Source: an uncultured Clostridium sp.
GTDB taxonomy: Bacteria > Bacillota > Clostridia > TANB77 > CAG-508
Direction: 5' to 3'
DNA: 64,000 nt
Assembly (NCBI GenBank): GCA_946500615.1
Contig: CAMMWP010000001.1
Coordinates: forward strand, 69,231-133,230
The notes below the pieces were generated by a model, which made no database searches, was not told the origin of the DNA, and worked only from the letters and a program-made list of their open reading frames with translations. The first letter of the stretch is position 1; the number at the start of each line of letters is the position of its first letter. Shown here piece by piece: positions 8,451 to 18,683 of this stretch. The translations under genes were made by a program, and so were the position numbers.

Positions 8451-10118
8451 TTATTTTGAAAATACTGTTAGTCCTCCAAACCTCATCTCATTAAAGCCCA
8501 AATCTTTAAATTTATTAAATAAGGTTTCATCACTTCCAATTATATAAACATTATTTGAATCTAATTCTTCTGGAATATTGAATGTATAAGTAATTTTATT
8601 ATTATTGTATGTTGTTTCGATATTATCTTCCTTGTAATCATATGGGGAAATTTTATTATCCAATAATATGTATATATGTTCTTGTGCCGTTAAATCTCTA
8701 GCAATGTATATATGTTCTTTTCCTAGATTTTTGCTGTATTCTATAGCATCCAAATAATGAGTAGCAAAAAAGAATTGACCTTTAGTTTCATCATTGTATT
8801 GGTAAAAATAATAGTTAAAAAATAATCCAAAGTTAATTAGCAATATCAAACTTATAGGTATAATTAATAATTTCATCTTTTTTATTGTTTCATATATTCC
8901 TATAGTAGCAAAATATATGATTGGAACAAATATTGCATTTGCTTTATTTATGTTTGGTTCTAAAATTAATAATTGACAAATTAGAACACTAAAAAACCAA
9001 AATATAAAAATCACATTTATATTAAATTCTTTGTTTCTTAATGATTTATAAAATTCTTTACACCCTTTAATAAATCCTAAAATAAAAAATGGTATTGTAA
9101 AATAATATATTGTTCCAAAATATGATATAGAATTGTAAATTAATATATCATTAAAAATTTTCTTATTATCAAAACTTAATATTGATGGTATTATATAGAG
9201 ATTGTTAATTATATTTTTTAAGGATACTTCTGTTCCTCTATAATCTTTTAATTTTGGAATTGTTATTATACCAGTTACCTCATTTATAATACCATTATTT
9301 ACAAGAATCATAAGTATAAGTGGTAAAGCTAAAAGAAATATTGGTATTCCTAAAATGATTAATTTTTTTATATTCATTTTTTTTATATAAAATAAGTATA
9401 CACATATAAAGAGTAATAAGATTGGAATAATAATATAAGATAGTGCATAAGTATATAAACTCAAACCAAAAAATATACCACTTATTATTAACCTTCCATT
9501 TGATTCTGTTTTTATAGCTTGTATAAAAAAGCATACTGCTATAGTTATAAAACTTACTAACAAATTACAATCCAAACCAAATCTTGATTGCATTATAAAA
9601 TATGGTACAATAGTCAATAAAAACATAAATATAAAACTTTTTAGCTTACTTTTTTCATTTTTTATTATAGATAATCCACAAATAAAAATTAATAATCTAA
9701 ATATTATAGCTGGTAATCTAATAGAAATCATATTTAATCCAAAAATTTTAATAAAGAAAGCTACCATATAAGCATACATTGCACTCTGACCACCACCATA
9801 ATTAGTCAAGTATACTGGAAATTTATTTAGATATCTATCAACACCATATTCTGATAATGAATAAGCATCATAAGCCATTCCAGCTTCATCAACATGCATA
9901 CCATAAGGTACTTCTCCTATCTTATATAATGATGTAAACATAGTTAGTAAAAATAATATAACTATTAAAAGTTTATAATATTTATCAAAAAACTCTTTTA
10001 TCTTATCATATATATCCTTTAACTTCTCATTTTCTTCCTTTTTTTTCCATAATATACCTATTAAAATTATTACTAATGAAATAACTACAAAGATAATATT
10101 AAAAATTGTATATACCAT
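8451..10118 (-). CDS. Polytopic GT-C/GT39-like membrane glycosyltransferase candidate (ICE cargo)
   Basis: 555 aa with more than 10 TM segments. N-terminal loop YGMHVDEAGMAYDAYSL resembles the ArnT/PMT family. Confidence 0.45.
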   Translation of the reverse strand: MVYTIFNIIFVVISLVIILIGILWKKKEENEKLKDIYDKIKEFFDKYYKLLIVILFLLTMFTSLYKIGEVPYGMHVDEAGMAYDAYSLSEYGVDRYLNKFPVYLTNYGGGQSAMYAYMVAFFIKIFGLNMISIRLPAIIFRLLIFICGLSIIKNEKSKLKSFIFMFLLTIVPYFIMQSRFGLDCNLLVSFITIAVCFFIQAIKTESNGRLIISGIFFGLSLYTYALSYIIIPILLLFICVYLFYIKKMNIKKLIILGIPIFLLALPLILMILVNNGIINEVTGIITIPKLKDYRGTEVSLKNIINNLYIIPSILSFDNKKIFNDILIYNSISYFGTIYYFTIPFFILGFIKGCKEFYKSLRNKEFNINVIFIFWFFSVLICQLLILEPNINKANAIFVPIIYFATIGIYETIKKMKLLIIPISLILLINFGLFFNYYFYQYNDETKGQFFFATHYLDAIEYSKNLGKEHIYIARDLTAQEHIYILLDNKISPYDYKEDNIETTYNNNKITYTFNIPEELDSNNVYIIGSDETLFNKFKDLGFNEMRFGGLTVFSK

Positions 10119-10474
10119 AATTTTCCCCCTTAATAAATTATAACATAATATATCATAAATAAATAGCTTTAGAATTTATTTTACAAAAATAAATATATCA
10201 TATACAAAATCTATAAAATTCTTTTTTCATATATGATTATTGCATTTTCATGTAAAAGTATTCATATTCTATGGACTCCATAATATAATGTGGGCAAATA
10301 AAACAATCTATCAAGAAACTATATTTTATATTAAATAATATGATTTTATCGTTCAAATCCATATACTAAAAAATATATTTATTTTTATTTGTTTTTTTGG
10401 GGAGGTGAATTAGAGACAAATAAAACTATTAGTATATGTTTTGAATAAAAATTATTTTTTTAGGAGTGATGTTT

Positions 10475-10876
10475 ATGAAAAATATCAAAAGAAAAATTAT
10501 TGGTTTATCTTTTCTATTTGTACTAGCTTTAAGCCTTTGTTTAGGAGTTAATGCTGCCGTTACCCCTAGATACAAATCAGATTACAGAGGTACTGTTAAT
10601 CATAATTGGGGTTACTGCACAACTGGAAATAATTTCAAAAATACTACTGGAGGTACAGTTATTAATTGGCAATATAGTAGTCAATCTGGTGCGCATAATA
10701 TGTGGTACAGAGCAGTTAATTCAAACGGTGCAGATAGAGGAAGTGTATTGATGAGTTACTTATCAAGTGTTGAATTTTCTAGTAGCACTCAATGGAACTA
10801 CTATTATTACTTACAAGCAAGAAGGGAAAATAGTGTTGACCCAACCACAACTGTTTCAGGATACTGGATTCCTTAG
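10475..10876 (+). CDS. Small secreted protein (candidate bacteriocin/toxin)
   Basis: SD AGGAG at 10462-10466, ATG at 10475. Sec signal ...LCLGVNA|AVTP. Mature ~105 aa, rich in W/Y/N/S/T/G. Has its own terminator. Confidence 0.6.
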   Translation: MKNIKRKIIGLSFLFVLALSLCLGVNAAVTPRYKSDYRGTVNHNWGYCTTGNNFKNTTGGTVINWQYSSQSGAHNMWYRAVNSNGADRGSVLMSYLSSVEFSSSTQWNYYYYLQARRENSVDPTTTVSGYWIP

Positions 10877-10894
10877 TAGTCTTACATAACTAAA

Positions 10895-10933
10895 TTGCTA
10901 ATAGAAAAATCTAAATGATTTTTCTATTAGCAA
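10895..10933 (+). terminator. Hairpin terminator after the secreted-protein gene
   Basis: TTGCTAATAGAAAAATC - TAAAT - GATTTTTCTATTAGCAA, a perfect 17-bp stem. Confidence 0.6.
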
Positions 10934-10965
10934 TAGGTATTATTTTAGTTTTATGAGGTGATTTT

Positions 10966-11832
10966 GTGAATTTTTTCAAAAAATATAAAATATACATAGT
11001 CATATTTATATTTTCTTTAATGATTATGCTTATTTCCAGTCTTTACGAAACAAATATATTTTATATGATAAAAGAATATATTTTTAATCCCGAATACAAA
11101 GCAAATTACGCAAGTAACTCTGAAGTACCAATTAATTTTGATATAAACTTATTTAATATAATAAAATTTGAATTATCACAATATCATTGGACTTATGATT
11201 ATCTAGTAATTTGGGGAACTAATCTTTTCCAATTATTAATACCTATTATTGCTGCAATTAGTGCATTATTATTCTATACAAAAAATCAAACTATTAACAA
11301 ATTTGCAGTTAATAAAAATAAAAACTATAAAAAATTTCTTTTGAAAGAAGCTACAATTATTTCTTTCAAAATTGCTTTTAGCATTTTTATGGCATTTATT
11401 GTTTTTTATATATCTTCTATAATATTATCTAATGGTGCAACAAATTCTAATATTAGTAGAAACTTTTTATTAGATATACTTGGAACAGATTTTTATTATA
11501 ATAATACGAAGTTATATTATTTTATAGATGGTTTCTTTAGATTATTCATGATTCCATTTATATATTCTATTTTTGCTTGTTCAATATCAATGTACTTAAA
11601 GAATGTTAAACAAGTATTTTTAGCCCCAATAGTTTATTATTTTGGTCTTACCCTTATATCTTATGCTTTAACTAACATTACTAATTTAGGTATATATTTA
11701 AGCCCTTTATTAGCAATGGTAACAGGTGCATATGCTAATATTAATAGTTTATGTGTAATGATTATGCCTTTACTGTCAATAATAATAAGTTTAGGTGCTA
11801 TTCTTTGGAGAGGTAAATATGTTGAAATTTAA
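10966..11832 (+). CDS. Polytopic membrane protein (permease/immunity candidate)
   Basis: 288 aa with about 7 TM segments. GTG start. First gene of the cluster that ends with an ABC ATPase. Confidence 0.55.
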   Translation: MNFFKKYKIYIVIFIFSLMIMLISSLYETNIFYMIKEYIFNPEYKANYASNSEVPINFDINLFNIIKFELSQYHWTYDYLVIWGTNLFQLLIPIIAAISALLFYTKNQTINKFAVNKNKNYKKFLLKEATIISFKIAFSIFMAFIVFYISSIILSNGATNSNISRNFLLDILGTDFYYNNTKLYYFIDGFFRLFMIPFIYSIFACSISMYLKNVKQVFLAPIVYYFGLTLISYALTNITNLGIYLSPLLAMVTGAYANINSLCVMIMPLLSIIISLGAILWRGKYVEI

Positions 11833-12434
11833 AAAAATATCTATAATATTAATAATTTATTTTATTATAATGCTATTTTATTTGTATTTCATAAAACTAG
11901 AAAATGTTACTATTGACTTTTTCTATACTAATATAATTTTTATAATAATCTATTTAATCATTGCTAATTTTTTTATAGAACCTAATAGATTATTCAATTT
12001 AAAATTATACAGATATGAAGATAAAATATCTTTTTTAAAAGAATCCATTAAACGGTTTTTCTATAAATATTTTTACAATTTTTTTATGCATTTCTATATT
12101 AAATTGCATTATATTATTAGTAAAAGGTTTATCTGTTAATTTTCTTACATCTTTATATTACTTTTTTAATATATTTTTAATAATAGAAATTGCATATATA
12201 TATATATTATCATTTTCTTTTAAAAAACAAATAAATCTTTTAAGATATATAGTATTCATTACTTTATTAGCCATGTTCTATTTTGGTTCATTCGATATTG
12301 GAATTACACCAATTAATATTTTTAAGTATGTATCATATCCAGGTACATGGTATGAAATTATAGTTCACTATATGGTATGGATTTTTAGTGCTTATATCCT
12401 AATTGATTATAATAGTAAAAGAGTGGAAATATGA
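11819..12434 (+). pseudogene. Membrane protein (~204 aa) interrupted by a +1 frame change at in-frame CGG 12053-12055
   Basis: ATG at 11819 after a GGAGAGG SD. The zero frame reads ...KESIK-CGG and stops at 12139. Skipping C12053 gives ...SIK-G-FSINIFTIFLCISILNCIILL..., TM-like and open to TGA 12432-12434, which overlaps ATG 12431 of the next gene. Confidence 0.6.
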
Positions 12435-13117
12435 AAAAAATAGTTGTTTTAGTATTATATTTTATTTTTATTACAATTTTAAATGTAGTATTTTTAAATA
12501 TAAATGTTAGTTTTAATGATTACTGTAATCTATTATTCCTAAATATAGATTCCTTTCAAAATTATGGTTTAAATATATGGAATGTTCAATATATAATCAG
12601 TTTTTATCTTTTATTTATTATATTAGAAAATTTCAACATTTCGTATTTTAATGAAAATATGTCATTTTTAAGTTTAATTCTTTATAGGAATGGTAGAAAA
12701 AAAACATTAAAAAAGGCATTAAAAAATATTTTATTTAATTTGGTCAAATATTATATTGTTTTAAATATATTAATAATTGTTTCTTCGTCCTTTATGAAAC
12801 TATTTACTTTTAATATTGAAACATTTTATAACTTTATTACTATCAATATATATTTAATAAAATATTTTTTACTAATGTTTTTATTAATATATAAAAATTT
12901 TATAGATTCATTAAGTAATCATTTTTCTACAAATATTGTAAAATTGAATGTGCTATTACTTGTTATGATTTTTATGGATCTATTTTTGCATACCAATTTA
13001 ATTACTTTTTCAAGTAATATTATTTTGGAATTATTATATTTATTATTTTATTTTATTATTACAATTTTTTATTATTACTTCAAGGTTATACGAGGAGGTA
13101 AAAATGATAGAAGTTAA
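12431..13117 (+). CDS. Polytopic membrane protein (permease/immunity candidate)
   Basis: 228 aa with about 6 TM segments. Overlaps both neighbouring genes. Confidence 0.55.
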   Translation: MKKIVVLVLYFIFITILNVVFLNINVSFNDYCNLLFLNIDSFQNYGLNIWNVQYIISFYLLFIILENFNISYFNENMSFLSLILYRNGRKKTLKKALKNILFNLVKYYIVLNILIIVSSSFMKLFTFNIETFYNFITINIYLIKYFLLMFLLIYKNFIDSLSNHFSTNIVKLNVLLLVMIFMDLFLHTNLITFSSNIILELLYLLFYFIITIFYYYFKVIRGGKNDRS

Positions 13118-13748
13118 AAATGTATTTAAGAAATATAAAGATATTGTGCTATTTGAGGATACATCAGTAAAATTTCAAATAGGAAAAAAAGTATTAATAA
13201 AAGGTGCTAATGGTACTGGGAAAAGTGTCTTTCTAAAAATGATTGTAGGTTATTCTAGACCAGATTCTGGAGAAATTATTGTTGACAATTACAAAATTGG
13301 AGAAGATAATGATTTTATTCTTAATTCTGGGATTAGTATAAATGCTCCAGAATTTTATAATAATTGGACTGGGTTAGAAAATTTAATGTACTTAGCTAAT
13401 ATAAGAAAATTAGCTTCCGAAAATGATATTATTAAATTGGCAACAGATTTAGAACTTGAAAATGTTTTGAACAAAAAATATAAAACTTATTCTTTAGGAA
13501 TGCGACAAAAAATGAGAATTATTCAAGCCTTAATGGACAATCCTAAATATTTAATACTAGATGAACCTTTTGATGCCTTAGATGCAAAAAGTCAAAAGAA
13601 AGTTTCCGATATTCTTGATAAATTTATTGATAATAATAAATTGCTGATATTTACTACACATAATAGTGAGCATGAAAAATTCGCAGATGATATATATGAA
13701 ATCGATGATTTTAAAGTTAAACCTGTCAAAAATAAAATAGCACTATAA
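13104..13748 (+). CDS. ABC transporter ATP-binding protein
   Basis: Walker A GANGTGKS, signature YSLGMRQK, Walker B YLILDEPFDALD. Confidence 0.85.
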   Translation: MIEVKNVFKKYKDIVLFEDTSVKFQIGKKVLIKGANGTGKSVFLKMIVGYSRPDSGEIIVDNYKIGEDNDFILNSGISINAPEFYNNWTGLENLMYLANIRKLASENDIIKLATDLELENVLNKKYKTYSLGMRQKMRIIQALMDNPKYLILDEPFDALDAKSQKKVSDILDKFIDNNKLLIFTTHNSEHEKFADDIYEIDDFKVKPVKNKIAL

Positions 13749-13834
13749 TAAGATAAATATTATATATTATCAATTTTCGTAACAATTATTAATTTTAGGG
13801 CAATTTTAAATAATTGCCCTTATTTTTCTCAAAA

Positions 13835-15023
13835 TTATGGAAATAGATTTTTCAATATTTTCTCTAAAACATTAACAACTATACTATTTCCAGCCTGTCT
13901 ATATAATTGAGTATCAGATATTCCAGTAGATTTTGCATTATAAAAATCTATATCACCGAACCCCATAAGCCTAAAGCATTCTAATGGTGTTAATTTTCTT
14001 AATTTTAGATAGCAATTATTCTCTTTATTGAATATTTCCAATGTCGCCATGCGAGGTGTTGTTGCTATTGTTTGTGATATTTCTTTTCCTATTCTTCCTC
14101 TTTTTGTAGTATTTCCTGGATATGAAATGTTAATGGAATCTCCTATTGTTGCCTCTGAATAACCTTTATGCGTTCCTTCTTTAATAAGTAGCAATGGTTG
14201 TTTTAATCCTCCATTAGACATATCTACTAAAGTTGGAGAAATCCCATTACAATCATATATACTACCTATCTGATGTGTCATTTTACCTCTATCATACAAT
14301 CCTGTAATTCTTCTTACCCTATCCTCGCAAATATCTTGATTTTTAATAATTAAATTATCTTGAATTATTTTATTATCCTTTTCTAGTAATTTTTCAATAT
14401 TTTTCTCTTGTAAATAATATTTATTATCCACATTTTCCTCTAATACATCTTTAAGTTTCAACAATAATTTCTCTTTTTGTGGAAAATAAAAAGTGCCTCT
14501 ATCAATATCTTTTCTTATAGATATTATAAAGACACGCTCTCTATTTTGTGGTATTCCGATAATCTTTTGCATTCAATATTTTCCAATAGTTATTATATCC
14601 TAACTCTTTAATATCATTTAACATATATTCAAATTCACTTTTAAACCTTTTACTTGTAAGATTTTTGACATTTTCAATGATACTATAACTTGGTTTTTTT
14701 TCTTTTAGTATTCGATACCCCTCATAATATAATCCACTTCTTGTTTGCCCCTTTTCGATTCCTCTCATTTTTCCGAGCAATAGATATATCTTGGCATGGA
14801 AATCCCCATGTCATAATATCAAAATCTTTTAGTTTTTTTTCATCAATAGTTCGTATATCTCCTAAATTCAAATTAATATCAACACTATGTATAGCACAAT
14901 AACTCTGTATAGCAAATTTATTTATCTCTGAAAATCCAATTAATTCATAATTGATATGCAATCTTTCTAAGGCTTTTTCAAATGCACCGAATACCGACTA
15001 AATAAACTTAGTAAGCGTATTTT
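13835..15023 (-). pseudogene. DNA cytosine-5 methyltransferase, broken by four +1 frame changes, each at an in-frame CGG; no canonical start codon
   Basis: After skipping the C of CGG at 14996, 14989, 14775 and 14558: motif I (K)IRLLSLFS-G-I-G-AFEKAL, motif IV FPCQDISIA-G-K, motif VI IIENVKNL, motif VIII DY-G-IPQNRERVF, motif X QAGNSIVVNVL. Upstream there is only ATA (15020) after an AAGGAA SD. Confidence 0.8.
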
Positions 15024-15030
15024 ATTTTCC

Positions 15031-15429
15031 TTAGGCAGATTCAAGTTCAATATCACTCTCCTGTCTATCTTTTTCTATATCTTTACTTTCTATAGAATTT
15101 TGAATATTATTTATCAAATCTTCTATACGGCAATACTTATTATGTCCTCCAGTATAGTCTTTTTCATTTTCTGCTGAACGATATAAAATATGATTGTACC
15201 AAGTGCTATCATACCTAACATCTGGAAATGAAAAGTACATAAATTTATTATTTTCAATATTCCTTATAAATCCAGAAACATAAAAATGTCCCTTATTGTA
15301 ATTAATCAACTCATAATTTTCTTCTAAGTTTCTTTTTAAATACGACTTTATATTTCTTGATAAATTCTCAAATTCTTTATCATGTCCATATTCAAAACTA
15401 AAATCTTTCCACTTATTAATATTTTTCAT
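15031..15429 (-). CDS. Hypothetical protein (133 aa)
   Basis: ATG at 15429 after SD AGGAGGA. Acidic C-terminus ...ESDIELESA. Confidence 0.55.
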   Translation of the reverse strand: MKNINKWKDFSFEYGHDKEFENLSRNIKSYLKRNLEENYELINYNKGHFYVSGFIRNIENNKFMYFSFPDVRYDSTWYNHILYRSAENEKDYTGGHNKYCRIEDLINNIQNSIESKDIEKDRQESDIELESA

Positions 15430-15491
15430 TGTTCCTCCTAGATAAAAAAATAGAGAGTATAACATTTTTTTGTCATACTCTCCTAAAACTA

Positions 15492-18054
15492 TTATTTACC
15501 TGTCTTTGGTAATTTTTCAGCGTGAATATCTTTTTCATATACAACTGTTGTCCACTCATCATTCTCCTCATCTTTTAAATCTTCATATTCGCCTTCTGTT
15601 TTTGTTTTATTTGTAAAAGTATCTTTATCTTCTACAGTATCTAATACTTTACAGAATATAGATGGTGCATTTTCTTCTTTAAAACCTATATCTACTTTTC
15701 CAAAATTAAAACTAAATTCTGTTATATATTCTCCTTCTTGTAAACCTATATTCGTACAATCAATTTTATGGTTTTCTTTTGAGTTTAAATTCTCTGCTAA
15801 TATTCTTTCTTCTTCATTTAAGTTAGTTTTATATGTAATAGAATATGTTATATCTTGATTCCATGTACCTGTTACTATTTCCGTTAGTCTAATATAATCT
15901 GTAGGTAGAAAGTCTTTCCATTTAAAACTATCTAAATAAATATTTGATGTATTGGCTATATTAGAAAAATCATATTTTATTGTGTCATTTTTCTGTGTTT
16001 CTATATATCCTGTTTTTTCTACATCAACAGAAATTTCTACTTTTTCATTCGTAATTGTAATTGGTATAATTTCATCATTATTGACAATTTCAAATTCAAA
16101 TATATCATTATTTAGTAAATAGTATACAGAACCTGTATCAACCTCTTTTAAATAGTATTTTCCTTTACAGATTTCAGAACTAATAGCTTTTCCTTGTTCA
16201 TCGGTTACAAGTGTTTCGATTAAATTATCATTTTCATCATATAACTCGAATTTTGCACCTTCCAACAACTTTGTATTATCCTTTTTATCTACTTTTGTTA
16301 TTTCAACTTGTCCTTTGATTTTTTCATTTTCAAATACTATATCTGTAATTTGATTTTCTTCTAATTCTATTGTTTTTACTTCATTAGATAATACATATTC
16401 TTCTAATGTTTTTGTTTCACGAATTTTCAATTTAGAAAAATCTCTTATTGGGTATCTTGAAGTTAAAGCCTCTCCATTCTCATCTGTTATTAGTTTTTCA
16501 AGTACATTATTATTTTCATCAAGTACCTCAAATTCGACACCTTCTAATCTAACCTCATTGTTATCTTCATCAACTTTTATAATTCTCACTTGGCCTTTTT
16601 TCAATTCATTTTGAATTGTTGCTTGTGCTTCTTTATCCCATTCTACCTCTATTTCTGTATCTTCAGCCAAATTGTACCATTGGTTAGTTTTAGTTTCAAT
16701 TAGCTTATAATTTCCTGTTCTTAAATCTTCAATTTTCAATTCTCCATTAACATCTGTATTATATGTACCAATTATCTTATCAAATTCTTCTGAATATAAT
16801 TGAAATTCTACATTTCCTAAGACAACTTTATTATTGTCCTTATCTACTTTATAGATTTTTAAATCCCCTTTTTTGTGCTCATTCGTTACATTTATTTCCG
16901 TTACGTGATTAAATTCGGTATTTACATCAAAAGGTGTTTCATTAATTATATAATTTTCATCAGTAGATATTTCTTTTATCACATAATCTCCTTGATATAA
17001 AGATGAAAATGTTGCAATTCCTTTTGAATCAGTAGTTGCATTGGCTATTACTGTTCCATCTTTTGTAGATAATTGGAATGTAACACCAGAGATTGGTAAG
17101 TTTGTTTCACTATCTGTCTTGATTATTTTGATTTTTCCTGTATTTGCTTTTACATCTAGTTCTACTTTTCCTGCCACATCTCCAAACACATCATAAGTTA
17201 ATAAATAATCTTGTGTTCCTGCGACTGTCGTCTCCCCATAAAAAATTGGATATGTCTTACATTGTGCATTGATATTGATTGTAATATCTAAGTCTTGTTT
17301 CATCTCTGATTTTGGTATTCTAACCTTAAAATGTTCATTTCCAAATGTTGTTTTTTCTACGTTTTGCATATCTGTTATAATTCCACCATTAGGAATACCT
17401 GTTGTTCCTATAATTGTATATGAACTCATTTCTACTGGACTATTAACCACATATTCTTGAGCATAATAATCTCCATCTTCCACAAATTCTCCTACTTTTT
17501 CAACTGATATAGTAGTATTTGTAGGTGTTTGAGTACCATTTCGCCCTATGTCTACTAATCTTACTATTGCATTTTTAATTGCCTCTCCTCTACTATCTCC
17601 TCCTCTATAATATGTTGATGGATCTCTGCCATCTAGGATTGAATAAATTGCTTGTTTCGTTGCAACAAATGCGTCATATTGATTTGAAACCCCCATGCTT
17701 TCTGGTGTTTGATATGGATATCCATTAATAGTCACTCTCCATAATCTAGTATCACTCATTAATTGATTTATATTAACATGATATTCATTGGTTTCGCCAA
17801 CGCCAGGTAAACTAGGTTGTAAACAATATGCTGGATATTGAATGCCATTTTCCATATAGTAGGCATATGTGGTTATGATATATGACCACGCATTTTGTTT
17901 AGTGTCCCAAAATTGCAAATGATATCCGACAATCTCCTCCATCCTTAATTAAGGCTGTACTACTAATTGCATATACAAAATTAGTACACACAGACAATAA
18001 ACTTAAAATAATCAATAAAATAGCTATACCTTTTTTACTAATTCTTTTTAACAT
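15492..18054 (-). pseudogene. Surface adhesin: signal peptide + thioester (TED-like) domain + CnaB-type repeats + LPKTG; signal peptide separated from the body by a +1 frame change at CGG 17926-17928
   Basis: ATG at 18054 (SD GGAGG at 18061-18065) gives MLKRISKKGIAILLIILSLLSVCTNFVYA... up to DGGDC-CGG. Skipping the C continues G-YHLQFWDTKQ.... PAYCLQP is a thioester-like Cys-Gln. At least 5 repeats of the type G(V)xFxL...DG......TD..G...F..L..G.Y...E. Ends EKLPKTGK-stop. Confidence 0.75.
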
Positions 18055-18110
18055 ATAATTCCTCCATTCCATAAAAAATAGATACTTGTTAAGTACCTAT
18101 ATTATTATTT

Positions 18111-18674
18111 CTAAACTTTTTCTGTAGCTTGAACACAAAGTCTTTTCGTAGGTTGATTTCTTATACAAGTAATAAGTGTAATCTTATTATCTTCTGTATC
18201 TTCTAAATAACTCCAGTCATCTTCCTGTATTTCAACTATAGTGTCTACTGTATAGGTTTTTGTACCTAAAAGAAAATTATAAACTATATCATCTCCCTTC
18301 TCTACATTTTTTAAGTTTGCTAGAAAGTCTGATGTATTATGTCCTGCTAGTCCTACATTTCCATTAATTAAAGCTGTACTAGGAAAATGCCCTATATATT
18401 TTGCCAATACATCATCTTCAATTCCTTCTGCAATACTTAATTTTAAATTTATACTAGGTATTTCTAATGTTCCTATAACATTAGTTTCCCATAGTTCCAT
18501 AAACTCTGTATTTTCTATATTATTTGTATCTTGTATTTCTTCTACCTTATCTGTAATTTCATCATAATCCTCTGATTTTGTTTCTTTATTAAATATAAAT
18601 ATACATATCCCACATACTAATGAAATAATAGCTACGATCACTAATCCTACAACAATTTTATTTTTCATTTTCAT
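18111..18674 (-). CDS. Sortase
   Basis: N-terminal TM, GLAGHN (catalytic His), ITLITC (TLxTC Cys), TKRLCV (Arg). Confidence 0.85.
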   Translation of the reverse strand: MKMKNKIVVGLVIVAIISLVCGICIFIFNKETKSEDYDEITDKVEEIQDTNNIENTEFMELWETNVIGTLEIPSINLKLSIAEGIEDDVLAKYIGHFPSTALINGNVGLAGHNTSDFLANLKNVEKGDDIVYNFLLGTKTYTVDTIVEIQEDDWSYLEDTEDNKITLITCIRNQPTKRLCVQATEKV

Positions 18675-18683
18675 TCCTCCATT

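Noticed and set aside
9295-9534. Nested or overlapping small ORFs in the track, for example 9295-9534, 659-865, 10551-10751, 53633-53866 and 56874-57283.
   Set aside because: They lie inside stronger, motif-supported genes in other frames or on the other strand. They lack SD sequences and translate to low-complexity sequence.
10475-10876. Assigning the small secreted protein to the lactococcin 972 bacteriocin family.
   Set aside because: The gene context is similar, but I see no convincing sequence resemblance to the Lcn972 mature peptide as I remember it. It is left as a generic candidate toxin.
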